Translations under genes and position numbers: made by a program
Notes under the pieces: model-generated
The model's database searches: none
What the model was told of the DNA's origin: nothing
What the model saw: only the letters and a program-made list of their open reading frames with translations
Shown here: piece by piece, positions 24,843-38,740 of the stretch
Numbering within the stretch: position 1 is the stretch's first letter
Layout: the number at the start of each line of letters is the position of its first letter
NCBI RefSeq assembly: GCF_030028105.1
Contig: NC_092370.1
Span: forward strand, 113,846,793 to 113,910,792
Direction: 5' to 3'
Length of the DNA: 64,000 nt
Source of the DNA: Mobula birostris
Lineage: Eukaryota

Positions 24843-25010
24843 GGTGTTTGTCGAGTTGTGACTGTATTTGACACGGATTTAGACGTGGTCTGGCTAGTTA
24901 TAAATAACAGCACGCTTCACGTCCCACTTTCTCTCAACGTGTCACAGACCACGCCTTCCAACCCCATTTGAACACAACACTATTATTTCCTCTGCATAAA
25001 ATGAGATTTT
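24843..25010 (-). promoter_or_regulatory. Putative proximal promoter of V2
   Basis: TTATTTATAA at 24907-24898. Homologous to the V1 promoter; the octamer-like site is degenerate (ATGCAGAG). Confidence 0.45.
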
Positions 25011-26069
25011 GTTAGAATTGCACAGCAGTTCATTGGACGATTTTTTTTGGGTTTCGAACTTGCTCTCGCTTAACGTGAATAAATCCATCACGATAACAGG
25101 CCTTTCGGGGTCAACAAGCCTGGGCCATCCAATTCTATCAATGTGATCAGTGAACCTACTAACCCGCAAACAGGAGAAATTTTGCAGATGCTGAATGACT
25201 TTTCACGCTGACACTCTCCCCTTCCTTTCCAGTCCTGAAAAAGGGTTTCGCCCGAAACGTCGACTAGTTACTCTTTTCCATAAATGCTGCTTGGCCTGCT
25301 GAGTTCCTCCAGCATTTTGTGTATGTTGCTTTGGGCGCCTACTAATCCTTACGTCTTGTGAACATAGGAGGAAACCGGAGGAGTCGGAAGAAATCCACGC
25401 GGTCACAGGAGAATGTAGAAATTCCTTTCAGGACAACGATGGAATTTAACCTTGGTCGCTGGCTCTACGCTAACCGATCTGGTACCGGTCCATCACAAAA
25501 CTTTCCCCAAATTAGTCATCTCCTGCCAGTTGTCTTTTCAGTTACACGTCAACATATTTAAAATATTTATCCTCCCTTTATCGATGTTTTGTGACATTCC
25601 CGAAATTTCCCGACGAACACCACAGTTGGAGCAAGTGGTTTCAGAGCGGCGGACGGGAAAAGGTGGGTTGGGGTGTTGCTCGGCGCCTTCAGACGTCAGG
25701 AGTACATGGAGATAATTCTCACAGACACCCCCGGTTTCTCCGTCTTGACCTTCACTTTGTCTAATCTTTTGTCTCCGGAGTCTGTGACAGAACAAGGAGA
25801 GCGATATTCTCCCCACACGCGCTCTGAAAGTACCGACCCTGGACCTGTCTCGCATCCGCCCCCGTCGCCGCGACCGAATTCCGTGTACGTTCCGTTGGGT
25901 GGGATGTTTGATGAACCGAATGCCATCTGTGCCATGTCTGTGATTCTGTTCATCTTTCCCTATTAAGGTGGGTTTAATTATTCCACCTGGGCAGAACCTG
26001 TAAGTAAATATTACTTTACATTGGCTTCCGCTGTGAAATTTGAAAGGACGATATCTAATTTGTTTATTT

Positions 26070-26415
26070 GTGAAGGGGTATAGTGAGAGGGACAGAGGGA
26101 GAAGAAGGAGAGAGAGAAAAAAATAAAGTGTGTATATAAATAAATAAATAACGGTTGGGGTAGGAGGGGGAGGTGGGGCGTTAGCGGAAGATTGAGAAGT
26201 CAATGTTCATGCCATCAGGTTGGAGGCTACCCAGACGGAATATAAGGTGTTGTTCCTCCAACCTGAGTGTGGCTTCATCTTTACAGTAGAGGAGGCCGTG
26301 GATAGACATATCAGAATGCGAATGGGACGTGGAAATAAAATGTGTAGCTACTGGGAGATCCTGCTTTCTTGGGCGGACAGAGCGTAGGTGTTCAGCGAAA
26401 CGATCTCCCAGTCTG
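26070..26415 (-). mobile_element. Same Penelope-like insertion in cassette C, truncated on the left by a deletion
   Basis: Near-identical to 18225-18547, with the same right junction CAGTCTG|CATATTCAGTAGGG. Confidence 0.85.
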
Positions 26416-29400
26416 CATATTCAGTAGGGCTCAAAGAGATATCCTTTCGTCTTCTTGGCTCCAGCGAGAACAGGCCGGGTACCATCAAACGTTCCTTATG
26501 TGATAACCCTTTCATTCCTGGAACCATTCTCTTAAACCTCCTCCGCACCGTCTCCAATGCCAGGACATTCTTTCTCGGATATGGAGCCAAAATTACTCAC
26601 AATACTCCATATATAGTCTACCAATCTCTCAAATACTCAACGTTACGATTTTTTTATTGATTAGATTTCTGAATGGACAATGAATCCACATGTACTACCT
26701 CAATATTTTCTTTTGCTTTGCTCTCTTTTTCTCTACTTATTTAATTTAATATGTATCTTATTGTAATTTATAGTTTTTATGATATATTGCACTGTACTGC
26801 AGCTGCAAAATAACAAAATCCACGACATATGTCAATGATATTAAACCTGATTCCCATTCTATTCTGATCATCCAGACCCCTCGAAATGATTACTGTCATT
26901 CCATTTGTCTTCTCCACTACTGACTCAAACAGCAAGTTAACCTTTAGGGAATCCTGCACCAGAACTCTCAAGTCTTCTGCTTTCTCCCTCTCTTCAGAGA
27001 ATATTCTGTGCCTTTATTCCTTCTACCAAAGTGCATGGCCATACACTTCCCTACACTGTGTTCCATCTGCCACTTTTTGTCCATTCTCCTAATCTGTCCT
27101 AGTCCTTTTGCAGACTTCCTATCTCTATTTTGCTTTTATGCTTTCTTTGACCTTCCTTAACTCTGTTTCTCTTTACACCAATGCCATCTGTCCATATGAG
27201 TATTTTAAGGATTTCACGTTTTTTATTTCATAGAACAATTGAGTAATAGAGCCTGGATATAGGCCTTTGGCCCCAATCGGCCATGCTGGCCACAGCATCC
27301 TCCCTGCTAGTTCCAGCTGCTGCATTTGAGTCAGAGTCCTTCAAACCCTTTCCTTCCATTTACCTATGCAAATACATTTTAATATTACAAATGCACCATC
27401 TCAACCACTTCCTCAGGCAGCTCACTATCCTTTGTATAAAGAAATTACCTTTAAGGTCTCTTTTAAATCTCTTCTCTATTATCTTGTATCAGTGTCCTCT
27501 AGTTTTTGTCTCTCCAATCCTGGGGAACAGGCTATGACCCGTCTATACCCCTCATGATTTCATAAACTTCTACAAGTTTAAGTTCTTCTAAATTCTTTCT
27601 TCATTGTTATACAGAGAGACCAGTGGGAATAGAAGCTAGAGCAGTGGTGTGCTTCTCTTGCATGATGTGGAAGTTAGGGAGATGTCTATACCTGTGATAA
27701 GTGCATCCACATTTACAAACCGTATTAGGGAATTGGAGCTGATGCGAGATGACGTTCAGATCATTCAGAAAATTGAGGGGCTCATAGGAGTTACAGGGAG
27801 ATAGTGTTGCTGGAAAGAGGTAGCTGGGTGATCCTGAAGAAAGGGAAGGGGTATTGGCAGACAGTGCAGAATGCCCCTGTGGGCATTCCCCCTCAATAAG
27901 TCTATCATTTTATATAGTGTTAGGGGGATGACCTACCACAGTGGTCAGTGGTCTCGGCATTCAGTATGTCTCTTTGGTTCAGAAAGGAAGGTGGGTGGGG
28001 GAGGAAGAAGAGGCTAGTAGTAGTGATGGAGGTCATTAGTTGGCACTGGTTAGTGAAACAGGCAGGACGACCTGAGACAAGAAAAGACTCTTGGATGTTA
28101 TATTGCCTCCCAGGTATAGATGATCAGAGATATCTTGAATTGAGTCCATAGCCATCTTAAGGGGGAGGGTGAGAAGCGATAAGTCATGGTACATATGATA
28201 CCAATGATATAAGCAGGAAACGTGAGAAGGACTTGCAAAATGAGTTCAGGGAATAAGGTACGAAATTAAAAGACAGGACCTCCAAGATAGCGGTTGCACG
28301 AAGCTGTCCATTGCAGTGAGGTAAAAAATAAGGAAGACAGTGCAGTTTAACATGTGATTTATAAGTTGACAGTTTTGTTCGGTATAATTCCTCAATATAT
28401 TCACGGTATTTCTATATCAGACGAACGTGTAATTGCATTTGTCACATTATTGGCCTGAAGGACTATTTTATTGAAATGGAAAGATGCCTCTGCTCCCACT
28501 TTGAACAATGGTTCTCTCAGGTGATGTTATGTCTTAGTTTGGAGAAAATTAGAAGTCGAACTTTTGTCCTCGATTTGACTTTGAGAAAAGGTGGTGTTCT
28601 TTAGCCCGCTGCGACCATTTCATCTGAGTTAATTAAGGTGGTCCCCATCTGATTCCTGTGTAATTGGTTTTGGTTGGCAGATGGATGTTTTTCTTCTATG
28701 GAAGCTTGTATGGCGTATATCTCCGGGGTTGTGCTCCCAATGTTTTTTTTTTGTTCATTTTTAAGTTGAGAGGGGTTCCTTTTTCCTTCTTTCTTTTTTC
28801 CAAAAAAATAATAGTTTTAACATTTTGTCTTTTCTTATTGTTATTGGTATACTGTTTAGCTTGGTTAATCAGTTATTTGACAGGTTAACTCGTACTGTAT
28901 ATATTAATATGTTGATTTGACTACTTCAATGTATTTTTGTTGATTTTCAATAATAATTAATAAAAAGAATTAAAAAGAAAGAAACATGTGACTAAGCAGA
29001 TGGTGCATTGGAGAGGGCTTCAGAGTTTTTCGATCACTGAACTCCATTCCAGGGCAGATGGGATCTCTGCAAATCTGACAGTTTTTACCCAAACTAGAGA
29101 GCAACCAATATCCTTACAGGAAGGTTTGCTAATCCTGTTCGGAAGTGTTCAAAGTAATGTTTAAGATGGATGGCATCCAGAGTGGCAGGACAACAATCAA
29201 GTGGTTGTGGAAAAAAGAGATGTCATGACTACAAGGAAATATTTTGTGGATGTTGCATTGGATTTCCGGCATCTGCGGCATTTATCGTTTTTAAGCAGAG
29301 ATGGAAACTGCAAGATTGAGCAGGGTGGATAAAGGTTCTGAGTTGCAACTATTGCAAGACAAGGACGGTTGTAGGTAAGGCTGATGCACATGGAGCATGG

Positions 29401-30008
29401 ATCCATGTGTGGACTTACGATGTTGAAATCATTATTGAGACATGGTTACATGACGGGGAAGTCTAACAGCCCAATGTTCTGGCATTCTGCTGATTTAGAC
29501 ATGTCAGAGAAAGAGGTATTAAAGCAGCAGGGAGTGCTCAAATTACTCATCAGAGATAATGTCATAGCAATTCTCAGATGACATACAGAAGGCTCATCTG
29601 CCAAGGCAATTTTCATGAATCTGTGGAATAAAAAATGGATGATCATGTTAATGGGACTTTATAGAGTTTCTAATAGTCAGCAGGATTTGGACAAACAAAT
29701 TCATAGGGAGATAGCAGACAGTTGCAAGAAATATAAGGTAGATACACTAACACATACAAGATGCAAGAGTAACTCAGTAGGGAAGGCAGCAACTGCAGAA
29801 GAAATAAACAGTCAATGGATTCATGAAGGGTCCTGATGCATGGACTTGATCTGAAGCATTGACGCTTTATTCCATTTCATAGGAAAACCTGACCTCATGA
29901 ATTCCCCCAGGATTTTTTATGTGTTACTCTGGATTTCCAGTATCTGTAGAATTTCTAGTGTTTAGGTTGGGACAGCGGGTGATTTTAACTTTCTTCCTAT
30001 TTATTAGG

Positions 30009-31005
30009 AAAGAAAAGAGTGGTGACGACTGGAGAGTCAGTGACAGCCTGGAGAGACGGCAACCAGGGCAGAACGGGCTGGCAACGCAATCTGTGTCCTC
30101 TGAAAGGAGAACCCCCACAAAAGCTACAAAGAATCTAAGGAAAAGATACCCCCAGGGGTGCCTGAGAGGGCGGGGGGATTAGCACCCCAGTCCGATGGAC
30201 ACAACGACTTCAGACCCAGGCAATGAACAAACGATGATGAGGAAGCAGTGTGTATGTGGCAAAATCTGCAAGAACGATCGTGGCTTGAAGATCCACCAAG
30301 CGAGGATGAAGTGTTTGGTGGAAGCAGGAGCAGCACAATGTGTAGGTGTCCAACCTGGTGAGACGACGGAGGGTCCAGGCCCGGAGTCACCCCATAGTGC
30401 CTGGAACCTCCAAGTGTTGCAAACTAATCCCTCTAACATGAAGTCTAACAGGAGACGGATCAAATGGCCTGCAGCTAACATGACTTCACTGTGGAAACAG
30501 TTTGATGAAGATGCTAACCAAATTCTGGAGGCAACGGCGAAGGGAGGGGTTGATAGGAAGCTGCAAGCCATGACAACAATTATTGTCAGTATCGCAGCTG
30601 TACGGTTCGGAGAAGAGGACAAGGAAGGCTCCAAAACATCTTACTCAAAGAACCAAAGAACTGGATGGAGAGCGAGGTGTCTCCCAGTGGAGGTTGGTTG
30701 TAGGGGATTCCTAGCACGTTCTTTAGTTAGAGCCTTCAGCATTTTGGGCATCGAGGGAGAGAGGAAGAGGAGAGCCATCCGCAGTACCACTGATGCGGCA
30801 GAGAGGGCCTCAAGATGGCTGTGGCTCAAAAGAAGGGAGCCATGGATTCATAAGTAGCTAGCCATCTGGACACAAGCTGGGGTCTGATCAGCCCCAGCTG
30901 GGTCACCTGGAGGAGACTGTATGATGTTGAAAGACCCGAAACATCCGATGATTCCAGGAACATCACTGAAGATGTGTCCAGAAGCATCAATAGGTGTATG
31001 TACAC
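30009..31005 (+). mobile_element. Internally deleted HERO-like (restriction-like-endonuclease non-LTR) retrotransposon, private to cassette C
   Basis: ORF 30195-30857 has an N-terminal zinc finger (CVCGKICKNDRGLKIHQARMKC) and RIKWPAAN, then C-terminal GWRARCLPVEVGCRGF...AAERASRWLWLKR. There is no RT. The 3' UTR (GATGTTGAAAGACCCGAAAC...) is HERO-like from memory. Possible AGG TSD; the empty site is in A (about 5890). Confidence 0.78.
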
Positions 31006-34000
31006 AGGACTCCCATACTGTAATAGAACTGGATGAGATGGAGTTTGTGAAATGTGCTCAGGGAAGCTTCATTATCAATATGTAGAATTCCCAACTAACG
31101 AGAGCAAAATATTGGATCTCTTCTTCGGTAATGAGACAGGGCAGGTGACAGAAGTGAATATAGGGAAACACTTTGGATATAGTGATCATAATTCCATCGA
31201 CTTCAAAATAATTATGGAGATTGGATAGAATTGTTTTTCAAGTTAAGATTCCAAACTGGAGGAAGAGCAATTTTGATGGCATCAGAAGCAATCTGCCAGG
31301 TGTGGCTTAGGATAGGCTGTTTTCTAACAAAGAGACACTGGCAGGTGGTTGGTCTTCAACAGCATTGTGTATTGAGAGTACACAATATGTATATTTCTAT
31401 TAGGATAAAAAGGAAGGTTGTCAGGTTTAGGGAACCTTATTTATGATGGGATATTGAGGACCTGGTAAACAAAACGGAAGCACATATCAGGTATTGGCAG
31501 CTATTGTTAAATGGGGCAATTGCGGAATATAAGACATGCAAGAGAACACAAGCGAAAGATCAGGAAGGCTGAAAAGGGATAAGTGGTTGCTCTAGCAGAC
31601 AAGGTAAACCAGAATCCAAGGGTTCTATAGGTACTGGGAGGAAGAGGACAGCAAGGGACAAAATTGGTCCCCTTGAAGATCAAGTTGGTAATATATGCAT
31701 GCAGCTAAAAGAAATGCGGAAAAATATTAAATGTTTTATTTTTGTGTTTGCATTTACTCAGGAGACAGACACAAATACCATAGAATCTGGCAAAACACTA
31801 GAGGTCATGGACCATGTTCTGATTACAGAAGAGGAAGTGCTTGCTGTCTTGAGAAGAATTAAGGGTGAATAAATCCCAAATACCCAACGAGGTGTCCTCT
31901 CCAACCTTGTGGAAGGTTAGTGCAGAAATTACAGGGGCCCTGGCAGTAATATTTAAAACATCCCTACCCATGGGTGAGGTACTGGAGGATTGGAGGTTAG
32001 CTAACATTTCAGAACGGTTCTAAGAATAAACAGGAGATTAGAGCCTGGTGAACCTGACATTAGTTGTGGGTAAATTATCGGAAGGTTTTCTCATGGATAC
32101 GATGTACATGTACCAGTGTTTGGATAGACAGGGCCTGAAAAGAGATAAGCAATATGGCTTAATGCATGGTAAGTGATGTCTAACTGATTTACAGAGATTT
32201 TCTTAAGGAAGTTGCCAAGAAGTTTGTTGAAGGGAACACAATGGTCTTCAGAAAAGCCTTTGATAAATTAAGACATGGCAGAATCGGCAAGAAGATTAAG
32301 TCGCCTGGCATTCAGGATGAGGTAGTCAGTTAGATTCAATGTTGGCTTAGCGGAAGAAGCCAGAGAATGGTGGTTAGTGTTTGACTGTCTGCCTGGAGGC
32401 CTGTGACTAGTGCTGTGCTGCAGGAATCGGTGCTTGATCCATTGTTGCTGGTCACTTATATTAACGATTTAAATGACAATATGGTAAACTGGATCAGCAA
32501 ATTTGCAGATGATACCAAGACTGAGGGTGTAGTGAACGTGGTACTGAATACACTCACATCCAAATCATTTACATAATAATTAATAATTGAGGTCCCAACT
32601 CTGACTCCTGGGTGAACTGAAATTTAATGAGCACTGTACAAGATAAAAGGAAAATAATTAATGTGAAGCCAATAGGGCTACAAACTAAAATTCAAACTCA
32701 AAATCTAACGTTGACACTGAGCTTCAGAAGGAGTAACTTAATAGTAAGTTAGTACCACTCCTTTAAGGCGTCAATCTAAATTGGAGTCTTCTATCTTGGA
32801 AAGTGGGCTAAGGTAAGCAGGGGAGTGTTGCCGTCGCTCTGCTTCAGTCAATACTTGACAAGACTGAGGTGAGTTTAATAAAGCTACAATGCAACCCTAA
32901 TTGTCTGCAATGTGCATTCTCACGAGCGTGATTGCTGATGACCACTTTCAGCTGCCCATTCTACAGCAGAGTCCATGGTTTTTACAGATCACCACCCTCA
33001 CCACCCCGCAACCCCACCCCGTCACGAGACACAGCTCCAGAGGCACTAGAGACCTGTGCCCGCTGGAGGTCCTGGATGAGTGACTTGTCCAGGATATCAC
33101 GAATTGGAACCCAAGAACAATTCTCTGTCCCCTATTTCTCCCAGTTCTCTAGGTGCTGATAAAACGTCTTGTTTTGGCCCCAAATGAGATAGGCAGAGAT
33201 AAAGACGTGGACATCTTGGAACATAGACTGCCATGTAAATCATCTCTTTATGAATTCCAGGGTCTGTTGAACCCCTGGATGGCCAACCAGATGGGAAGTG
33301 TGACCCCAGGCCAACATTTAGGAACACACAGAGGCAGGGACAAACAACTTGTTAGGAACTTCTCCATCTGGGTCTGGATCTGACTGTTCAGCAGTCCTCA
33401 CCTGTTTCTATTCCCCAAATCACTGGAACAGTTATGCTTGTGCGAGGAAAGATGTGATCTAGATCGGTGTTGACCTCAGAGACATCAAACTGACAGGAGA
33501 GAACACCGGCCTTAGTATCATCTGACTATATTTCCTCACTGTCTCGCTAAACGCTGTATTGGACTGCCCCATCCTTAGCCCCATCACTCCTTTCCGATTC
33601 CCCTGCTAACTTAGTCTAAACCTTCTATAACAGCTCTAGCAAACCTACTCGCAATGATATTGATCCAATATCATTGGGGTTAAGGTTGAACCAATCTTTT
33701 TTGTACAAGACATATCTTCCCTAGATAAGATCACAATGATCCAACAATCTGAAACCCTGTCCACTACAGCAGATCCTCAGCCATGCATTCATCCTGCTTC
33801 TGACTTAACTAGCACGCGGAACTGGGAGTAATCCAGAGATTACACATGCTTTGTGGCATCTTCCAGCACTCCCTATACTTACTGTGCAAAATCTCCTCCC
33901 TGTTTTTACCCATGTCATTGGTGTCAATGTACCCCTCGGCCTTTGTCTGGTTACCCTACCTCTTCCGCAGCTGCTCTGAGACCTCCTTAATCCTGGCACC

Positions 34001-35037
34001 TGGGAGGCAGCACACCATTCTGCGTCTTTGTTGCGGCCACCAAATCTCTTGTCTAATCCCTAATTACTGAGTCTCCTATCACTATCACTCTACCTGATTT
34101 TACCCTTCCCTGCTGAGCCACAGAGCCGGCCATACTGCCACTGGCCTGGCTGCTGCTGCCGTGCACTGACAGGTCATTCTTCCCCCATCCCCCACTGTCG
34201 TATCCAAAGGAATATTTGATGCTGAAGGGAATGAATAGTAGAAAATATGATGTCACCCTATCCCGTTTAATAGTAGCTTTCTTTCAAATGATGGCAGTTT
34301 GCAAGGTGTGTATGTTCAGAGGGCCCAGGGTGCCTTTGCACATTATTCCCTGAAAGCCAAAATCCGTATGAGGGATAGGTCAAGCTATGAGGGAGGCAAA
34401 TCAAGGAACTGGATATAATCTTCAGAGATAAGGACAACAACGTGGTGGTCGAGGGAGGCATATGAGTGGTTATTGCTATATGGAAATCCTACGAGTGGTC
34501 TGAGCCATTTTCAAGGATACATCTATGGATCTGAATAAATACACCTCCACCATATAGGTTCAATGGGCACCTACATCATGGACTTGAGAAAAACAGTTGG
34601 AGACGAGTGTCCCCCCACAAATTCATTCAGAGTCTTCTCCCGCCAGATGCCTCGTATGAACCATGAAATCAGCAATTTGCTGAGGGTCAGATCAGAGGCA
34701 TTCAAGTCTGGTGACCGATAAAGTTACAGGAGGTCCTGGTACATTCTCTGGAAAACCTCCTTATGGGCAAAGCCTCCCTATTTCCCAGACAAAACCTGAA
34801 TCAACAAAGCAGAGTCTGTGGCGACCCACTTTCTGCACAAGCGAAGCGGCTCACAAAATAGCCCACATGCAGGGAGAGACTTTTGTAATGCACCTCTGAC
34901 GTCATTTTCCGCCCGGAGAAGGCTGGATGGGAACTGCTTAAAAGCCAGTGCCGCGAAATTTGCATAAACAAGTCTCGAGTGCAACTTACAGACTGCGTGT
35001 CGTTATTTCTAGCTCTGTGTGTAGCACATCGCTTCAT

Positions 35038-35051
35038 TGGTGACCCCGACG
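35038..35051 (+). promoter_or_regulatory. Primer-binding site complementary to the 3' end of tRNA-Trp
   Basis: TGGTGACCCCGACG is the reverse complement of CGTCGGGGTCACCA, the vertebrate tRNA-Trp 3' end as I recall it. Confidence 0.8.
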
Positions 35052-35075
35052 GTCCAAGCGGGATTTGGACCAAAG

Positions 35076-35745
35076 ATGATCGACTCTTCATCTGTTCACA
35101 CAGTTTCGCTAAAACTGCCAACTTTCTGGACGCTGCGACCAAGCGTGTGGTTTGAGCAAGCAGAAGTCCAGTTCCAGATTCGACAGATATCTTCGGATTC
35201 CACACGTTACTGTTACGTGGTGAGCTCCCTTGACCAGGAGACCGCCGCACGGGTTGGGGATTTCATACAATCACCTCCCGAAGAAGGCAAATATGCAGCA
35301 TTCAAAGCGCTGCTCTTATTGACCTTTGGCCTCTCACGGCGTGAACGAGGTGCCCACTTGCTGCACCTGGACGGTTTAGGAGAATGGCCGCCGTCAGCAT
35401 TACTGAACGAGATGCTGGCTCTGGCTAAAGGACACAAGCCCTGCCTCATGTTTGAGCAGGCGTTCCTGGAACAACTGCCCGAGGACATACATTTGCTGCT
35501 GGCCGACGCAGATTTCAGTGACCCCCGGAAGGTGGCGGCCCGGGCAGACGTGCTAGGAAAGCAAGAGGGAGAGCGGGGCGTCCGTCGGACAGATCACCAA
35601 GCCACGGGCCCAACAGCAGGCCAGACCAGGCCCGGCAACGGAGCGCATACAACCCAGAGGCAGGAGTGAGGAGGCCAATGAACAGTGGTGTTTCTACCAC
35701 CAGCGGTGGGGCACACAAGCCCGCCGTTGTCGCCCGCCCTGCAAG
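35076..35745 (+). pseudogene. gag of the gypsy element, frameshifted before the zinc knuckle
   Basis: LKLPTFW..RPSVWFEQAEVQF capsid-like motif. CFYHQRWGTQARRCRPPC lies at 35689-35742 in another frame. Confidence 0.85.
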
Positions 35746-35829
35746 TTCCCGAGAAACGCCAGGGGCAGCCGCCGCCACTGGCTACGGCGATCTGACCACC
35801 AGGACAGCCTCCTGTACGTCTGGGACAAA

Positions 35830-38740
35830 CAGTCGGGACGCCGCTTTTTGGTCGACACCGGAGTGGAGATCAGCGTCTTACCCTCGACGGGGTATGACAC
35901 CCGCAAAAGGGAGACGGAACCCACCCCGAGGGCCGCAAACGGCAGCACGATTCGGACCTACGGCTCCCGCACAGTGCAGCTACAGTTCGGCGCAGCCGGT
36001 TCACGTGGGACTTCACACTGGCCGCCGTGGCCCAGCCACTCCTGGGGGCGGACTTCTTGCGAGCCCACAGCCTGCTGGTCGACTTGCAAGGGAAAAGACT
36101 GGTCCCTGCCAAGACTTTCCAGACGTTCTCCCTGGGTAAAGCCCAGTTGCCGGCCCCACACCTGGACTCCATTACGCTGTCTGACAAAGAATTCACCAGA
36201 ATCCTGGCGGACTTTCCATCGGTTCTGGCACCGCAGTTCACGGCAGCCATGCCCAGATACGGAGTACAGCACCACATTCCGACCCAGGGACCACCCCTCC
36301 ATGCCTGCGCACGAAGGCTCCCCCCGGACAAGCTCCGCCTGGCGAAGGAGGAGTTCAAGAGGATGGAGGAATTGGGGATCGTACGGCGGTCCGACAGCCA
36401 ATGGGCCTCCCCCTTCCACATGGTGCCCAAAGCAGCCGGGGGCTGGAGACCGTGCGGCGACTACCGCAGACTGAACGAGGCTAGAACTCCAGACCGCTAC
36501 TCCACGCCGCACATACAGGACTTTGCAGCAAACATCTTTTCCAAAGTAGACCTCATCCAGGGGTACTATCAAATCCCGGTACACCCTGAAGACATCACCA
36601 AAACAACACTCATCACCCCGTTCGGCCTGTTCAAATTCCTCCGAATGCCGTTCGGCCTGAAGAATGCGCACAGACGTTCCAGCGACTAATGGATGCAGTG
36701 GGACACGACCTGGACTTTGCGTTCATCTATTTGGACGACATCCTCATAGCCAGCAGTAGTCGTCAGGAGCATCTGTCCCACCTCCGCCAGCTCTACTCCC
36801 GCCTGAGTGCTTTCGGCCTCACGATCAACCCGGCCAAATGTCAGTCCGGACTCGACACCATCGACCTCCTGGGCCACAGGATTACCAAATACAGGGCAAC
36901 ACCTCAGCCCGCTAAGGTAGACGCGATCCGCCACTTCGCCCGGCCCAACAAAGTCAAAGGCCTGCGGGAGTTCATTGGTATGGTGAACTTCTACCACCGC
37001 TTCCTCCCCTCAGCAGCCCGTATCATGAGCCCTTTGTTCACCCTGATGTCGGGTAAAGGCAAGGACATTACTTGGGACGAAGAGGCCGCGGCTGCTTTCG
37101 TTAAAGCCAAGGAAGCCTTGGCAGACACCGCGATGCTGGTGCACCCCAGAACGGACGTTCCAACCGCCCTCACAGTGGACGCATCCAACACAGCAGTCGG
37201 TGGGGTGATAGAGCAACTCATCGAGGGGAGCTGGCAACCCCTGGCGTTCTTCAGCAGGCACCTACGGCCACCCGAACTCAAGTACAGTGCCTTCGACCGG
37301 GAGCTGTTGGCACTATATCTGGCAATCCGGCATTTCAGGGACTTCTTAGAAAGCAGGCCGCTCACCGCGTTCATGGACCACAAACCGTTGACCTTCGCGT
37401 TCACGAAGGTGTCCGACCCCTGGTCGGCCCGCCAGCAGCGACATCTGTCCTACATCTCCGAGTACACGATGGACATCCAGCATGTCTCGGGAAAGGACAA
37501 CGTCGTGGCGGACGCACTCTCCAGATCAGCTATCCAGGCTCTGTCCAAGGGGGTGGACTATGCAGCATGGCGGAGGCGCAGCAGGCAGACGACGAGATGC
37601 CCAGCTACAGGACCGCAGTCTCGGGTTTGCAGTTGCAAGACTTCCTCGTAGGCCCAGGCGAGAGGACCCTCCTGTGTGACGTGGCTACCGGCCAACGTCG
37701 CCTCCATACACGGCTTGGCGCACCCATCTATCAGGACAACCGTCCGGATGGTCTCCACCAGGTTCATGTGGCACGGACTTCGCAAACAGGTCAGCGAATG
37801 GGCCAAAACGTGGACGCAGTGCCAAACAGCCAAGGTGCAGCGTCCCACCAAAGCCCCGCCGCAGCAGTTCGAACCCACCCGCCGGAGATTCGACCACATT
37901 CATGTGCATATCGAGGGGCCCCTGGCAGTGTCGCGAGGAGCGCGGTACCTCCTAACTATGGTAGACCGGTTCACGAGATGGCCAGAGGCAGTCCCGCTCA
38001 ACAACACCACCGCCGATTCCCGCGCCCGAGCGCTGATTGCAACTTGGGTAGCCTGCTTCGGGGTACCGGCCCACATTACCTCCGACAGGGGCGCCCAGTT
38101 CACCTTCGCCTGTGGCCAGCCTGTTGGGAACACAATTACACCACACAACTGCCTGTCACCCACAGTCGAAGGGACTAGTGGAACGCTTCCACCGTCACTT
38201 AAAGTCGTCTCTCATGGCCCGCCTGAAAGGGCCTAACTGGGTGGACGAGCTTCCCTGGGTCCTGCTTGGAATCCGCACAGCACCCAAAGAGGATCTGCGC
38301 ACCTCGTCGGCCGACCTGGTGTGCGGCACACCCCTGGTCGTCCCAGGAGGGTTCATACCAGCCTCAAGGGGGCAAGAGGAAGAACCCGCAGCACTCCTGG
38401 ACAGACTACGCGAAAGTCTCGACAACCTGGCCCCCGCACCGACTTCACAGCACGGACAGATCCCGACCTGCGTACACAAAGACCTGCAGAACAGTAAGTT
38501 TGTATTCGTACGAAGGGGCGCACACCGGGCACCGCTACAGCGGCCGTACGAGGGGCCGTTCAAGGTGATCAGTAACAACGGGTCCACGTACGTTGTGGAC
38601 ATTGGGGGGAAAGAGGAGGTTTTCACGGTGGACCGACTCAAACTGGCCCCGGTGGACTTGGCGCAGCCGGTCGAGGTTCAGGCAACGCGACGCAGAGGCA
38701 GACCGCCCAAACGGAGATTGATCCAGACTGTGGACATTGG
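35830..38740 (+). pseudogene. pol of the gypsy element (protease, RT, RNase H, integrase), with several frameshifts and stops
   Basis: FLVDTGVEISVLP; WASPFHMVPK..GWRPCGDYRRLN; YLDD at 36728-36739; TVDASN...FDRELLA..DHKPL; HGLAHP...VDRFTRWPEAVPL...SDRGAQFT; HPQSKGLVERFHR. Confidence 0.92.

Larger units (their letters stand above)
16449..25112. repeat. Cassette B (V1 upstream through V2), short form
   Basis: Colinear with A, but jumps near 22237 from the equivalent of A about 4975 to A about 13540, a deletion of about 8.5 kb. Confidence 0.88.

Noticed and set aside
25696-25953. Second minus-strand frame of the upstream block (NGTY...W.EY..C.V) as an Ig C1-like exon
   Set aside because: Motif spacing does not fit a C1 domain, and the frame has a stop in cassettes A, B and D.
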